DNA from: Octopus vulgaris
Lineage: Eukaryota
DNA length: 64,000 nucleotides
Reading direction: 5' to 3'
Assembly (NCBI GenBank): GCA_951406725.2
Contig: OX597827.1
Location: 50,592,001 to 50,656,000, forward strand
The notes below the pieces were generated by a model that saw nothing but the letters and a program-made list of their open reading frames with translations, had not been told where the DNA came from and ran no database searches. How positions within the stretch are numbered: the stretch's first letter is position 1; each line of letters opens with the position of its first letter. The position numbers were made by a program, and so were the translations under genes. Below, in pieces: positions 36,384-49,205 of the stretch.

Positions 36384-36790
36384 CTGGGTGAATGTAGCAA
36401 GGATGGCACGTATGAATGACGAAGCCACCTTGAGCATAATCTTATGAACCCGGAAAATTTAAAATAAAGGGTTACCTACTTGCAAACAAATGTGGTAACA
36501 TGTAACATTATTGATCGAGGTTACCGTGGTCTTTTCCGTAGGCATTTCTTCCCATGGATAAACCTTATCTTCTTCCCCCTTTACAAATTACTTCATGACA
36601 CTGTGATACACGATCCCTATTGATCGTTTCTTTTTCTCTTTCCCTCCTTTTTTATTTTTCTTTCCCTTTTACGATCCCTTTTGATCGAAAACCTACCCCA
36701 CCTTTTTTTTTCTCTCCCCCAAAAAGAAAAGCTCTACTTTGTAATCTGTCCCGTCTGTGTGCAGCCCTTTGTGGCCAATAAAGAAACCTA
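36384..36790 (+). mobile_element. Probable 3' end of an L1/Tx1-type LINE
   Basis: Short ORF end WVNVARMARMNDEATLSIIL*, pyrimidine-rich UTR, tail TGTGTGCAGCCC..GTGGCCAATAAAGAAAC with AATAAA; tail repeated at 44697-44770. Clade assignment is tentative. Confidence 0.45.
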
Positions 36791-37207
36791 TATATAATCC
36801 TAAAAATTAAAAGTAATTCGAATTCTATGTTTTCTTGAAATAGTAAATTTCTATAGGGATTAGGATTTAAATTCCAATCTATGAAAAGTTTCCGTTCTAC
36901 AATATTCTTAAAGGAACGAAAAATATATCCAACAAGTCGGGCTAATACAAACGAGCCCAGTTGGTGTAAAAGACTAACTGGCACCTCTTGTCAAGAACAC
37001 CGGCGAGAGTCAGATCGCTGATGTTAGTTGTGCACTCCATTGTCGTTATTTGATTGCTGTTATTCTGTGCGTCTATGCGTTATAACCCTGCTTGCCTGCG
37101 TACTTATACATCGCTCGCATTTTTCGTCATAAAAATTATATAAAAATACATAAAAAATATATAAAAATATATAAAATCTTCTTGGGACATAACATAGAAA
37201 GCATGTT

Positions 37208-37470
37208 CTATCTGTTTTCTTTAGGGGACCAAAGACGTAACAGAAATTTAGTCACGTGTGGGCATGATCCGAAAAGTTCTGTCCTTGTATTTAGACATGT
37301 AGTAGGGTCTAAGCTGCTTTTCCAGATAAGCCATCTATCCATGTCGCATAGACCGCACCTTCCGCTGCCGTTGGTATAGGGCTTACATCTGGCCAAAATC
37401 TTCCATTGTATGTTATAATCGACACCTTTATCTCTTAAAGACCAAAGACAGTTCTGTTTTGCAGGGTTGC
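37208..37470 (-). pseudogene. Penelope-like element GIY-YIG endonuclease C-terminus
   Basis: WSLRDKGVDYNIQWKILARCKPYTNGSGRCGLCDMDRWLIWKS..CLNTRTELFGSCPH..KFLL matches the typical PLE ending W.IL....Y......C.LC..E....LN.R.EL...C.H. Confidence 0.8.
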
Positions 37471-37797
37471 TTTATTTTTACCCTTAACTTAAATACGGAG
37501 AAAGACATAGTGCTAAATATACAAAAAGTAAGCCGTTCGGGGTTACAAATGAAGCAAGAAAACGAAAAATTCTTCGAGCAGGCATGTGTCTTATGCGAAA
37601 TCTGTGTTGAGCCCGAATGACGCTGAGACCGGGAGTCACCTCTGATGCATGCATACATACATGTATGTATGTATGTATGTATGTATGTATGTATGTATGT
37701 ATGTATGTATGTATGTATGTATGTATAGTTGAAATTTACAGAAAAACAAAGGACGAAGACTGGTGTATTAGTTTGACGCTCGGGAAAGTGTGAAAGT

Positions 37798-37833
37798 CTT
37801 TTACGTTTCGAGCCTACTCTCTTCTACAGAAAG
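37798..37833 (-). ncRNA. Minimal hammerhead-like motif (family B; element about 37727-37900)
   Basis: Minus strand CTTT-CTGTAGA-A-GAG(AGTAGG)CTC-GAAA-CG-TA-AAAG; helix I CUUU/AAAG covaries with GUUU/AAAC at 1352; A6>U variant. Confidence 0.55.
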
Positions 37834-38052
37834 GAACACGGGGAAATAAACGAGAGAGAGAATAAAAAAAATTATGGATTTAGCGGTCAATCATGGCGAA
37901 TGGTTGAACAAAGGTAGTTAGACAGGAGACCTAAGAAGAAGGGGAGATAATAAAGTAATGATATATATATGACACAGGTGTCATTCATATATATATATAT
38001 ATATATATATAAATGGAGCATGGGTATAGTTATGTGTAGGCTTATTACATTC

Positions 38053-38111
<59 letters not shown>

Positions 38112-38643
38112 TTGTCTACGCAGCTGAGGTCTTTGTGTATGTGTGGGTGTAAGTTGTGATCATGTGTCCGTGGTTCATTGGCCTTTTGAACTTGAATTCC
38201 TTCACTAAATTCTATGGGTTTATTCGGGACACTAAATTCTCTAAGCTGCTTATCTTTTCATTTATCTTCTAGGTATTCTCAACTTTAAATAGGGTCATAA
38301 CCCACTCGTACTTTTCCAGGAGTCATATTTATGAACTGAATTAAAATGCTAACCCCCTCCTAACCCCTTCCCTTCCTTAAACTTCCTTCTCTATACTCTT
38401 TGCTTTTTCTGTCTTCTCCTTCTTTTTCATTCACCCACCAATTTTGATATATTCATTTATTTTTTCACTTATTTTCTCATTGACCTTCACATTACTTTAT
38501 TTCATTTCAATTTATTTTAAATATTACTTGTGTATGTGCGTGTGTGTACGTGTATTATATACATATGTATGTATCATATATATATACATATATCTTTGTG
38601 TGTGTATGTGTATGTATATATGAACATATATATAAATATATAG

Positions 38644-38686
<43 letters not shown>

Positions 38687-38766
38687 TATATGTGTGTGTA
38701 TGTATGTAGGTATATATGTGTGCGTGTATGTATGTATGTACGTGTATTTAGAGAGAGAGAGATAAG

Positions 38767-38854
<88 letters not shown>

Positions 38855-38968
38855 TTATTTTTGTAGAAGATTACTTGGAAAAATGTGGCATGCTGTAAAA
38901 CCTGCTTAGATTGCATCTCGAATATATATTATTACTAGCTCATAACTACATACTGTGTACATTAAATG

Positions 38969-39020
<52 letters not shown>

Positions 39021-39218
39021 ACATACACACACACACACACATGCGCGCACACATTTTTATCTTAATTGGTACATATCTAAATAATCGTACATACATAACT
39101 ATACATACATACGCACACACACACAAACACACACATATTCATACATATGTGTATATATATTCTCACGAACACTCGATATACATCTGCTCATCATAACATA
39201 AGCACTCACACGCAAATT

Positions 39219-39535
39219 GGCATTCCATCGGTTACGACGTCGAGGTACCAGCTGATCCGACCAACAGAACGGCTTGCTCATGAAGTTAGAGTGCAGGCCG
39301 ATGAGCACTTCACAGACATGTGACCCTTCACGTAATTCTCATGGAGACTTAGCGTGACACAGAATGTAACAAGGCTAGCCTTTTGAATCACAAGTAGTAC
39401 AACTCATTTTTGCCCGCTGAATGGACTGGAACAACGTGAAATAAAGTATTTTTCTGAAGAACTCACGAACTCCGGGAACCAAAATCACGACCTTATGATC
39501 AGGACCCGACCCTAATCAATAAGCCACGCGCCTTC
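39219..39535 (-). mobile_element. tRNA-derived SINE family S3 (diverged)
   Basis: Minus-strand head AGGCGCGTGGCTTATTGATTAGGGT..GGTCGTGATTTTGGTTCCCGG; GCTGAATGGACTGGAACAAC block also seen at about 14890-14940. Confidence 0.6.
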
Positions 39536-40099
39536 ATTCACAAACACACATACATACTAAGCATACACACATACACACGCACACGTACGTAAGTACGTAT
39601 GTATGTATGTATGTATGTATGTATGTATGTATGTATGTATGTATGTATATGTACGTGCATGTATTAATAACGACCATTTCTAAGGATGTCCAAGTAATTA
39701 TATATTTGAAAAGAAAATAAATGATATAAAAGTGTGTTACACGCAATCTGAAGAAAGTATATTTTCAGTCGCATAGTTGTTACTAACTGTTGCACAGAGA
39801 AGAGAGAGAGAAACAGAGGTGGAGATTTGGCGATTCAGAAGCGTGAGTGTAATAGGGTACTCAGTCCATAAGATATTTCTTAAAGTGTTCTTCAATTTAT
39901 GAGGTACAGTTTTTTTTTTTAATGTACGATGCTGGTTAAAAACTGCATATATTTTGAATATACAGGGATGAATTTAGATCAGTCTCTATTCTAAAAAAAA
40001 AAAGAAAAATTAGGACATTGCATTAAGTAAAAAATAATTAATATAATATAATTACTATACAATACCACATTTAAAACTTCTATATATAGGTTCCGCACC

Positions 40100-40328
40100 T
40101 GGACGGGACGGCGGTCCATCGCAGGTGAGCTGCAAGATGCAGGACGAAAAAGTGAGAGAAAATTGTGGCGAAAGAGTCAGCAGAAGTTTCGCCATTACCT
40201 TCTGCCGGAGCTGCGTGGAGCTTAGGTGTTTCGCTCATAAACACACACATCGTCCTGTCTGAGATTCGAACCCGTGATCCCTCGACCGCGAGTCCGCTGC
40301 TCTAACCATTAGACCATGTGCCTACACT
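40100..40328 (-). mobile_element. tRNA-derived SINE family S4
   Basis: Minus strand TGGTCTAATGGTTAGAGCAGCGGAC..GGGTTCGAATCTC (Pol III A and B boxes) followed by a non-tRNA body. Confidence 0.65.
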
Positions 40329-40785
40329 ATGAACTAATAGTATTGAAGTAAACTACTGAATTTGAAATATAATGCTGATACTTGACTGTGTCTTTGGAGA
40401 GACCAAGTTCTTTCACACACTGGCTAAGTAGATCGGAAAGACTTCTTCTGGGAATGATGACCAAATTGGATTACTTCCTAACAATTGAAGTTAATGGATT
40501 CTCTACAAGATCAATACACAAGCACATTATATGGATTTGCTAAGACATCGCGAACGTTATTATTTCAATAGCCAATTGTAAAGTACTATAGTCAACAAGG
40601 AAGCTCGTTTAACAGACCACAATACAACGCAATACGCATAGAACTAAACTAGTCCACCCTGATTTGCATAATATCTGCACTACACGGCATTTAGAAATTA
40701 TCTATGTTGTCAATGAATGCAGTGTTATACAAATAAGGACAGACTGTTTTAATTCATAGATTTACTTAATCGGTGGCCATTTGAC

Positions 40786-42018
40786 CAGGGCCGTCGCATG
40801 ACTTTTAGAGGTGCCCTGCAACTTTTTGTTTCGAGGTTCCATATCTTCAATCAAAATTCATAATCTACGCACATTTTATTCATAGCTATATTTTACTTTA
40901 TTCGATCTGAAGTTCAATATTTCTCGTTATCCTAAAGAACATATTTAAAAGTACTAGTTAAATTTAATTTGGGGCTGGACTATCTTATAATTTCATGTTT
41001 CGGAAGGCCAACATTCAATAGGGTTGAATATTTATTCGATAGACTCACAAATATCAGAAGACAAACATTTCAAAATAACAACTGGGAAGTATAGTTGTCT
41101 CAGTCTTTGTGTGCGAAGAAGTTTATTCAAGAACATTAATATACAAAGAATTTTCAGTCTAAAACAAAAGCAAACTATTTCAAATTATATATTTTTGAAA
41201 AATAGACGAGAACGTTTTCAAAGACTTGATAACAGACGAAAAAGCCTTTTTTAACTTCTATATTTCTTTGTTAGCTGTTGCAATACTTCGATTGGATAGA
41301 CAATTCTACAATTCAGACTGTAAAGTCAAAATATCAAAGATGCAAAATATGAAGAATTTCTTACCTTTTTTTTTGAAATCACAAATTCGAGGAAAAAATA
41401 GAACTTTGCAAACTAAAATACGTCGATCACAAACTAGTTACCACAGGAGAATTGAGATGCTTGGTGACAGTGAGCAAACGATATTTGTGCATAGATAGAT
41501 ACATAGACACACATACATACACACACAAATTTCTATGTGTGTGTGCACGCGCGCTCCTTGCTTTTGGTTCAGAAATAATTTCGTCACAAGTTGCCTTGGG
41601 AGATCAAAGGCCATTGTTCTGGGTACAAAGTGACCAGCCTTTCAACAACGTCAAATGACAACGCCATATATATATGCAGAGAGAGATAGAGAGAGAGAGA
41701 GAGAAAGAAAGAGAGAGAGAGAGAAAGAAAGAGAGAGAGAGAGAAAGAAAGAGAGAGAGAGAGAAAGAAAGAGAGAGAGAGAGAAAGAGGAGGAGACAAA
41801 CAGACTAAGAGATGTGTGTGTGTTTGGTTCACATCTATCTATCTACCTACCTATCGACCCGAGCTGGCAAAAGCTTTGTGAATGGATTTGGTAGGCAGAA
41901 ACAGAAAAAAACCCAGTATATATGTGTGTGCACGTGAGCATGTGTCAGTGTGTGTGTTGGTATGTATGTATGTATGTATGTATGTATGTATGTATGTATG
42001 TATGTATGTATGTATGTA

Positions 42019-42088
<70 letters not shown>

Positions 42089-42469
42089 CTTGTGTGTGTC
42101 TGTTTGTATGTTTAAGTATATATCATCACCCTTTATCACCACTGTATCCTTTTCTTGTCTTTTCTGTTGAAGTTGTTCTTATTCTCATTGTTTGGGATTT
42201 CTTTCATTTTCTTTTATCTCCCTGGGGAATTCGTTGACCAGCTTTTTTCATTTACCTTTTTCGTTTGTTTTAAATTTATTTTGCGGTACACCCTCGTATC
42301 TTTTTCCTCGTCTGGCTTGAAATTTTCAGTTAGCACCTTAACCAAAATAGGTAGATGGGTCATCTATGTACTTTGATCTTAACATGTGCCCCCCACAACC
42401 GTGGAGGACCCCTCAACTGCGGAGGCCCCCTGCAACCGCAGGGGTTGCATGGGCTTAGCGACGGCCTTA
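40786..42469. mobile_element. Non-autonomous hAT-type DNA transposon with nested microsatellites and SINE fragment
   Basis: TIR CAGGGCCGTCGC / GCGACGGCCTTA; exact 8-bp TSD CATTTGAC at 40778-40785 and 42470-42477; GC-rich subterminal CCCTGCAAC repeats. Confidence 0.8.
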
Positions 42470-42830
42470 CATTTGACACTAAATTTTAAAACAGTTTGGG
42501 ATCTATAACACATAAAAAAAAAATACAATTGAGACAAGCCAAAGACAAGGATTTCGAAATCCGTAATATATTTGCCTTTTATCTTTTATATGTTTCACAC
42601 ATTGGACTGTGGCCATATTGGGGCTCTACCCGTAGGGATTTTTAGTTGAACGAATCGACTTCACTATTTATTTTTTAAAGCCTGGTACTTATTCTATCGG
42701 TTCCTTTTGCTGAACCACTATGTATCGGGGACATAAACAAACTCAAAGAGAATCACATACACACACGCACGTACGTACGTACGGACGTACATACATACAT
42801 ACATACATAATACATACATACATACATACA

Positions 42831-42860
<30 letters not shown>

Positions 42861-42861
<1 letters not shown>

Positions 42862-43060
42862 TGGGTCATCCCATAAATAATGCGTTTTTTTCAATTGCAT
42901 GAACTAAAAGTCGGTGATGGGGGCGAAATAAACTACCTGCATCAACTAGCAATAAAAGCAGGTAGTAATTCAGCCTTGTTACTTATTCTTAGTTTTGAAG
43001 TGTGCAGTTCGATTTTAACAGTTATGTTTTCAAAGCTATAATGGAAGTGATGAAGGAGCA
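42861..43060 (+). mobile_element. 5' end fragment of a mariner element
   Basis: TA|TTGGGTCATCCCATAAATAATGCGTTTTT TIR-like start; ATG at 43041 (MEVMKEQ), then truncated. Confidence 0.45.
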
Positions 43061-43374
43061 GTAATTTTATTCAGCTGAATACACGTCAATGATTGGTTGA
43101 AATTACCGAAATACGACACCTTTAACAACAAATAACTTCCAAAATACAGAATTTTCTCAACAACGCCAAGAGTAAAATATGTTTTATGTGACACATTCTA
43201 CCAGTATACGAAGTTTGAAAATGTTTAGTTTCAAGAAATTACTTTTTTAAATCTAGTTTCCGTCTACCAAATCTACTCAGAAGACTTTGGTAGAAGACAC
43301 TCTCCCAAGGTGCCACGCATCGGTATTGAACCCGGAACTACGTGGCTGAAAATCAACCTTCTAACATCAGAGCC

Positions 43375-44520
43375 ATCAACCATGTCCTTCTTGTGTCCAG
43401 GGGCAGCTTGTTAGACTATCCAGTTCCTTCTATGTTGTGTCGCATGCAGCAGTCTGTCTCTTCTTCTAGTCGATTCTTTGATAATCTAACTCCATAAACA
43501 TCTTTGAAGGCCTTTTGCTCTCTTACCTTCAGCACTTTCCATCAGGATGATGTTGGGAGAAAGTGAATTGTGGTACATTGTATATCCAAAAGGCAATACC
43601 TTTCCGGGCTTGATTCTAGGAATAGGTGTCTGTGGACTTTCAACTTTTCTAGTATTGCACCAGTTGTTATCTTTCCTGCTTATTCAGTCAAATTTGCGGA
43701 AGTTCCACACCTCAAAACCTTCGTCTTTTCCTCCACTTTTGCGCAGATTCTCCCAGTATCCTCACCGTAAAGGACAGTTGGCCTAATATAACAGTTTACT
43801 AGCCTCCATTTCAGGTACAGTCTTGACTTTTGAGCTGAAGATCATTTTCAGTTTTTTAAACGTAGTTTTAGCTTTATTTACTTTCTGAGTAACTTCTACA
43901 CAGCCATATTCCTAGTTTATTCTTTGTTCTAGATACATGAAGTTTTTTATTTGATCAAGCTTTTGTCCACCTACCTTTATATAAGCTTCCTTTTGTTCTG
44001 TCTTACTAATAACCATTGTCTTTGTCTTTTACATCAAAAATTTCTGGCAAGTTCTTATTACTGTCAGCCAAGAATACTGTATCATTAGCATATCTTACAT
44101 TGTTTACGTTTATTCCATTGACTGTGAATTCTTTGATCTCATTTTACTTTGTAAATAGATATTAAATAGGTATGGTGATAACACATATGACACACATACT
44201 TGAATAACACCTATTTTGATCTCCGCTGATTCAGATAACTCCTTCTCTATTTTGATGTCTGCCATTTGGAGCCAGTATAAAACACAGATAATTTCTAATG
44301 TCTTTTTCCTCTAAGTCGGCTTTTTTAAAAAAGAGGTGATGATCTCTTTCTGCTGCATGCTGTCAAATGCCTTACATTATCTGTGAAGCAAGCAAACAGA
44401 TCTATTTATACCCGCGTTAGCTTTTGTGGTGGCTTTTTCAAGCAGAATATGCCATCACTTGTATGTCGCCATGAGTCCAAACTGTTGTTCAACAACTCCA
44501 GCATTTAGTTCGCTTTTTAT
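43375..44520 (-). mobile_element. Decayed RTE-clade LINE (RT and C-terminus)
   Basis: Minus strand VLSPYLFNIY, NVNNVRYADNTVFLADS, KNFMYL, KAKTTF, AFEMWNFRKF-like and EGTG..KLPLD-like segments; many stops. Confidence 0.75.
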
Positions 44521-44903
44521 TATTTCAAGCATGACTAAGTAACTATAAGAAATATTATTGCATTAAATATTTATCATTGAAATGACAATAATGTATATGT
44601 ATGTATATATGTATGTATGTATTATCTATCAATCTATCTATCTTTTTTATTTTTTTATTCTTTTGTTTTTTTTTGTTTTTTTTTGTTGTTTTTTCATCCC
44701 CCAAAAGAAAAGCTCTACCTTGTAACTTGTCCCATCTGTGTGCAGCCCTGTGTGGCCAATAAAGAAACTTATCTATCTATATAGCTATCTATCTATTTAT
44801 AGATACAGATATATATATATATATATATATAATATATATAATATATAGTTATATATATATATATATAAATATATGAAAGAATATATATATATATAAGTAT
44901 ATG

Positions 44904-44933
<30 letters not shown>

Positions 44934-44934
<1 letters not shown>

Positions 44935-45095
44935 CGACGGGCTTCTTTCAATTTCTATCTAGCAAATCCATTCACAAGGCTTTGGTCGACCCGAAGCAAT
45001 AGTAGAAGACAATTACCCAAAGTGCCACACATTTGAGTGAACCCGAAACCATGTGGTTTAGAAACAAGCTTCTTACCATATAGCCATGCCTGTGC
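44934..45095 (-). mobile_element. SINE family S1, 5' half
   Basis: ACGACGGGCTTCTTTCA..GGCTTTGGTCGACCCG..ACCATGTGGTT..TTACCATATAGCCATGCCTGTGCC. Confidence 0.8.
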
Positions 45096-45189
45096 CGTCT
45101 TGTGAACGTCGTCTTGTTGTTTTGTTAGACAGACAGATAGATAGTGAGAGAGAGGGACAGGGAGAGATTAAATTAACAAATGAAAAACC

Positions 45190-45730
45190 AAAATATTTAC
45201 CACCACTCGAAAAAAAAGCATTTAATTTAGATAGAAAATATATAGACATATAGAGACTCTTAACGCTGTTTCTAGAATAGCCAAATATGTGGATCATTAT
45301 ATTGAATTAGGATTCTATAAGCTGAGTATATCGTCATCAGAGAGGGAGAGTCAGATAAATGTCAAAATGAAGAAATATCCACCATCGAGAATGCTATTAA
45401 TACGTTCCAGTTTGTCAAAATTGAAGAAAGGATCAGAGTAAAATAAATATGCATTGTGCATGTGTTCATGGAGCTGCGTAATGCATATCTATTTTACTCT
45501 AATCCTTCTTTCATTTTTGACAAACTGGAATGTACTGATATTCTCGATTGCGGATTATTCTTCGTTTTGACATTTATCTGATTTTTCCCTCTCTGATACT
45601 CAATTTATGGAATCCTTACTCAATATCTTGATCCACATGCTTGGCTATTTTAGAAACAGCTGTAAAAATACTTTTATATGTTCAGTCTAAATTAAATGCC
45701 TTTTTTTTCGGGTGATTTCAAATGTTTTGA
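45190..45730. repeat. Long imperfect foldback (about 250-bp arms, about 20-nt loop)
   Basis: GCATTTAATTTAGA..CTGTTTCTAGAATAGCCAA..TGTGGATCA..ATCAGAGAGGGA..TCAGATAAATGTCAAAA..TTCCAGTTTGTCAAAA..AGAGTAAAATA, each mirrored in order on the right arm. Confidence 0.9.
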
Positions 45731-45925
45731 AATGTGTGTACGTGTGTGTATGTGTTGCATGAGTATATGTGTGTCTATGAGTCTGTATGTGCACGTATGA
45801 GAATATATGTGTAGATATATGTATATATTGTATATGTATGCACATATACATGTATATCTGTATGTGAAATAAAAGTTTTAAAAAGATTTTGAATTTTAAC
45901 CATCATCTGCGAAAATAGTGACACA

Positions 45926-47149
45926 CAGGAGTTGGACAAACTAATGGAAACACCTAGCATCATAGCATCATAATTTGGAAACAAACTATAAAACTGTCAA
46001 AAGCTTGTTTATTTTTATATTATTTTTTAAAAATTTATATGTTTTGCTAAAATTGCTGTTTCTTTTCAGATATCATCAGAAAAAGGTAATTAAAATTCAT
46101 TGAAATGACAGATCTATCGAACTTTCAAAGAGGTCAAATTGTTGGTGTTCGTATGATAGGAGCTTGAGTAACGAAAACCGCCGAAACGTTTGTGTATCAA
46201 GAAGTACTGTCGTAAAAGTAATGGCAGCCTTTGAGCAAGAGGGAAAAACCTCCTCGTCGAAGCAAAACTCCGGATGAAAACCAAAATTTTCAGATAGGGA
46301 CCGTCGGATTCTTGCGCAAGTTGTTAGAAGGATCACAAAAGTTCAACTCTCAAAATTACTGCAGAGATTAATGACCACCTCGAGAACCCAGTTTCCACAA
46401 AAAGCTGTTCGCTGGGAGCTGCACAAAGCTGGATTTCACGGGAGGGCTGCAATCAGAAATCTACTACTTTCAAAAACAAACGTTGAAAAGAGTTAAAAGT
46501 AGAGCAAAAACCTACAGAATTGGTCCCTAGAGCAGTGAAAGAATGTTATTTTCTCGGACGAGTCATCCTTTACCATATTTCCGACCACCGGCCGAGTATA
46601 CGTGTGGAGATAGCCAAAAGAAGCATTGACCCAGACTGCCTTTTACCAACTGTTAAACATAGAGGAGGATCTATGATGATATGGGAGCCTATATCTTGGA
46701 AATGGTTTCCATTCATGGCAGAATTAATAGTCAAGACTATTTAAGCATTTCATCTGATCAAACTCATCCTATGCAGAATTGTTTCCGCAATCTTTCAGGA
46801 TGATAATGCACCAATTAACACAGCTAAAATTGTTACTGAATGGCACGAGGAACATTCTTGTGAGGCTGAACATCTTATCTGGCCACCACAGTCCCCAGAT
46901 ATCAATATTATTGAACATTTATGGAGCGTTTTAGAAAAACAAGTAAGGAGTCGATATCCTCCTCCATTACTACAAGAACTGTTTTAGCTGAAGAATGAAG
47001 AAAAATTCCTTTGGAAACAATTCAAACTTTGTACGAGTCCATACCTTGTAGACTTCAAGCTGTAACTACTGCCAAAGGCGGTCCAACCCCATATTAAAAT
47101 AGATTTGTTTGAAATTTTAAGGTGTTTCCATTATTTTGTCCAACCCCTG
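45926..47149 (+). mobile_element. Full-length decayed Tc1-like (DD34E) transposon
   Basis: TIRs CAGGAGTTGGACAAACTAATGGAAACACCT / AGGTGTTTCCATTATTTTGTCCAACCCCTG|TA; transposase from 46105 MTDLSNFQRGQIVG, VIFSDESSF, FQDDNAP, WPPQSPDINIIEHLW; disrupted. Confidence 0.92.
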
Positions 47150-47276
47150 TATATATGTGTAGATGGATAAGCGTATACGTGTGAGTGCGTTTACGTTTTT
47201 ATAAGATTGTGTGAGCGTGTACATATGTATAGGTAGTTTATATTTGCGTGTATGTATTTGCGGTGGTGAGAGGGAC

Positions 47277-47342
<66 letters not shown>

Positions 47343-47651
47343 CCTTCGACAGAGTAACATTCATATATACAACTGGAACCGACACACATATCAGTACATA
47401 TACATACGTTCACATGTACATGCACATATACACACACAGAGACACACTTATATACCTAAATACTTATATACATACATTAGTACATACACACACATACACA
47501 CACATACATATATACGTACATACATACATACATACATACATACATACATACATACATACATACATACATACATACATACATACATACATACATACATACA
47601 TACATGCATGCATGCATGAACAAACTATTACTTTCTCAGATGTTGCACGGA

Positions 47652-47706
47652 AATTTGTCACTGAACAGGTTGAGGTTTTAAAGCGACGAAAATATTTTGG
47701 CAAATT
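47652..47706 (+). ncRNA. Degenerate minimal hammerhead motif (family D)
   Basis: AATTTGTCA-CTGAACA-G-GTTG..CGAC-GAAA-ATAT-TT-TGGCAAATT; 9-bp helix I; C3:C8 mismatch relative to G3:C8 at 6970. Confidence 0.5.
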
Positions 47707-47794
47707 AAATTTAAATGTTGAAGTGAATCTAACGGTTTTTGTGTTTTTAAATGGCCTATAAACACATTCCACGCTGCAATTGTATATGTATATA

Positions 47795-48050
47795 TATAAG
47801 GAAAACAAGACAAGGTAAAAATGCTTATATAATTTGATCTAGAAGAACGTTTTAGTACCGGTTCTAGCCTTTGCGACTTTTTCAACTTAGAGTAAAGCGT
47901 GAAAAACAATTAAACTAAGGAAAAATTAAATGAAATATTCTTTAGAAATATTTCCATACCTTACAAATGCAAGGGACATTTTCCTTTTTTCTGTCTGTCT
48001 CTGTCTCTCTTTTTTTTTTTTACTCTTGCGAGTTCTAGGTAGTTGGCAGC
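47795..48050 (-). mobile_element. Hammerhead-bearing repeat family C (motif 47854-47887)
   Basis: Minus strand AG-TTGAAAA-AGTC(GCAAA)GGCT-AGAA-CCGG-TA-CT; colinear with 1886-2130. Confidence 0.6.
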
Positions 48051-48337
48051 AGCTAGTAGTTTTATATGAGATTTTGTCTTTGATTGATTATTTAAGCAGC
48101 AGTAGTAGTAGAGAAAGGAGGTGGCGAAGAAGAAGTATGTATGTATGTCTGTATGTATGTATGTATGTATGTATGTATGTATGTATGTATGTATGTATGT
48201 ATGTATGTATGAACGCAGGAGCAATCTTAGAGATCTCTAGTTTCTGAAGTTGTGGAGGTTGGGAGCGTGTGTATTTGTGTGTGTATTTGCGTGTGTGTTT
48301 GTGTATGTATGCGTGTGTGTGGGAGAGAGATAGAGAT

Positions 48338-48396
<59 letters not shown>

Positions 48397-48990
48397 GAGA
48401 AGGTAAAGAGAAGCTCTTTCAATTTGTCCCACAAAATTTCTCTTTTCCAAAAGCGTTTTTGGGTTACTCATTTTTGCTTCTTCAGTATTCAGTTCCCGAA
48501 GTGTTCGGTACAAATGTAAATATAAGGGTATATTGCACAGGTTCTGTTTGTGTGTTTACTTCGTCGTCATTCTTTATCTCGGCCATTTGAGTTTTATGTT
48601 CCTGGGTACATTGTATGTGAAGCAAAGACAGAACACTCTCATGACTGGAACTGATGTTATGATCACTACTTTGATAATTGTGATCATAGATATACTCAAT
48701 GGAGGCTGAACTGGTTTAAGCAACAACAGTGCTCGACTTACTAACGGCTACAGTCTGTGTCCTCTGCACATTATTTACACTGTGATCAGCGAACATTTGA
48801 CCGCGAATCCTGTCACAGTCCGACTGGTAGGATAAGAAATACTGATCTCTCATTGAAATATTCTGTCTCGTAATTTTTCGTGCAGTTTCTTAATGAAGAA
48901 GCTCTATATAAAGTATTTGCAATAAGAATCTAATTTTGCAAACTGCTTATTTTCATCTTCCCGAAGTGTATCCAATATAAAGTGAGTACA

Positions 48991-49205
48991 AAGCGGCGAT
49001 CCAGCAGAATTATTGTCACACCGGACGCAATGCTTGGCGGCATTTCGTCTGTCTTTACGTTCTGAGTTCAAATTCTGCCGAGGCCTACTTTGCTTTTCAT
49101 CATTTTGGAGTCGATAAAATAAGTACCAGTTGAACTCTGGGATCAATATAATCGACTTACACCCTCCCCCAAAATTGCTGCCATTGTGCTAAAATTTCAA
49201 ACCAG
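48991..49205 (+). mobile_element. SINE family S2, diverged
   Basis: CGTTCTGAGTTCAAATTCTGCCGAGG..TTTCATCATTTTGGAGTCGATAAAATAAGTACCAG. Confidence 0.75.

Noticed and set aside
40255-40328. tRNA gene candidate
   Set aside because: A and B boxes are present, but there is no proper acceptor stem or terminator and it continues into a repeat body; treated as a SINE head.
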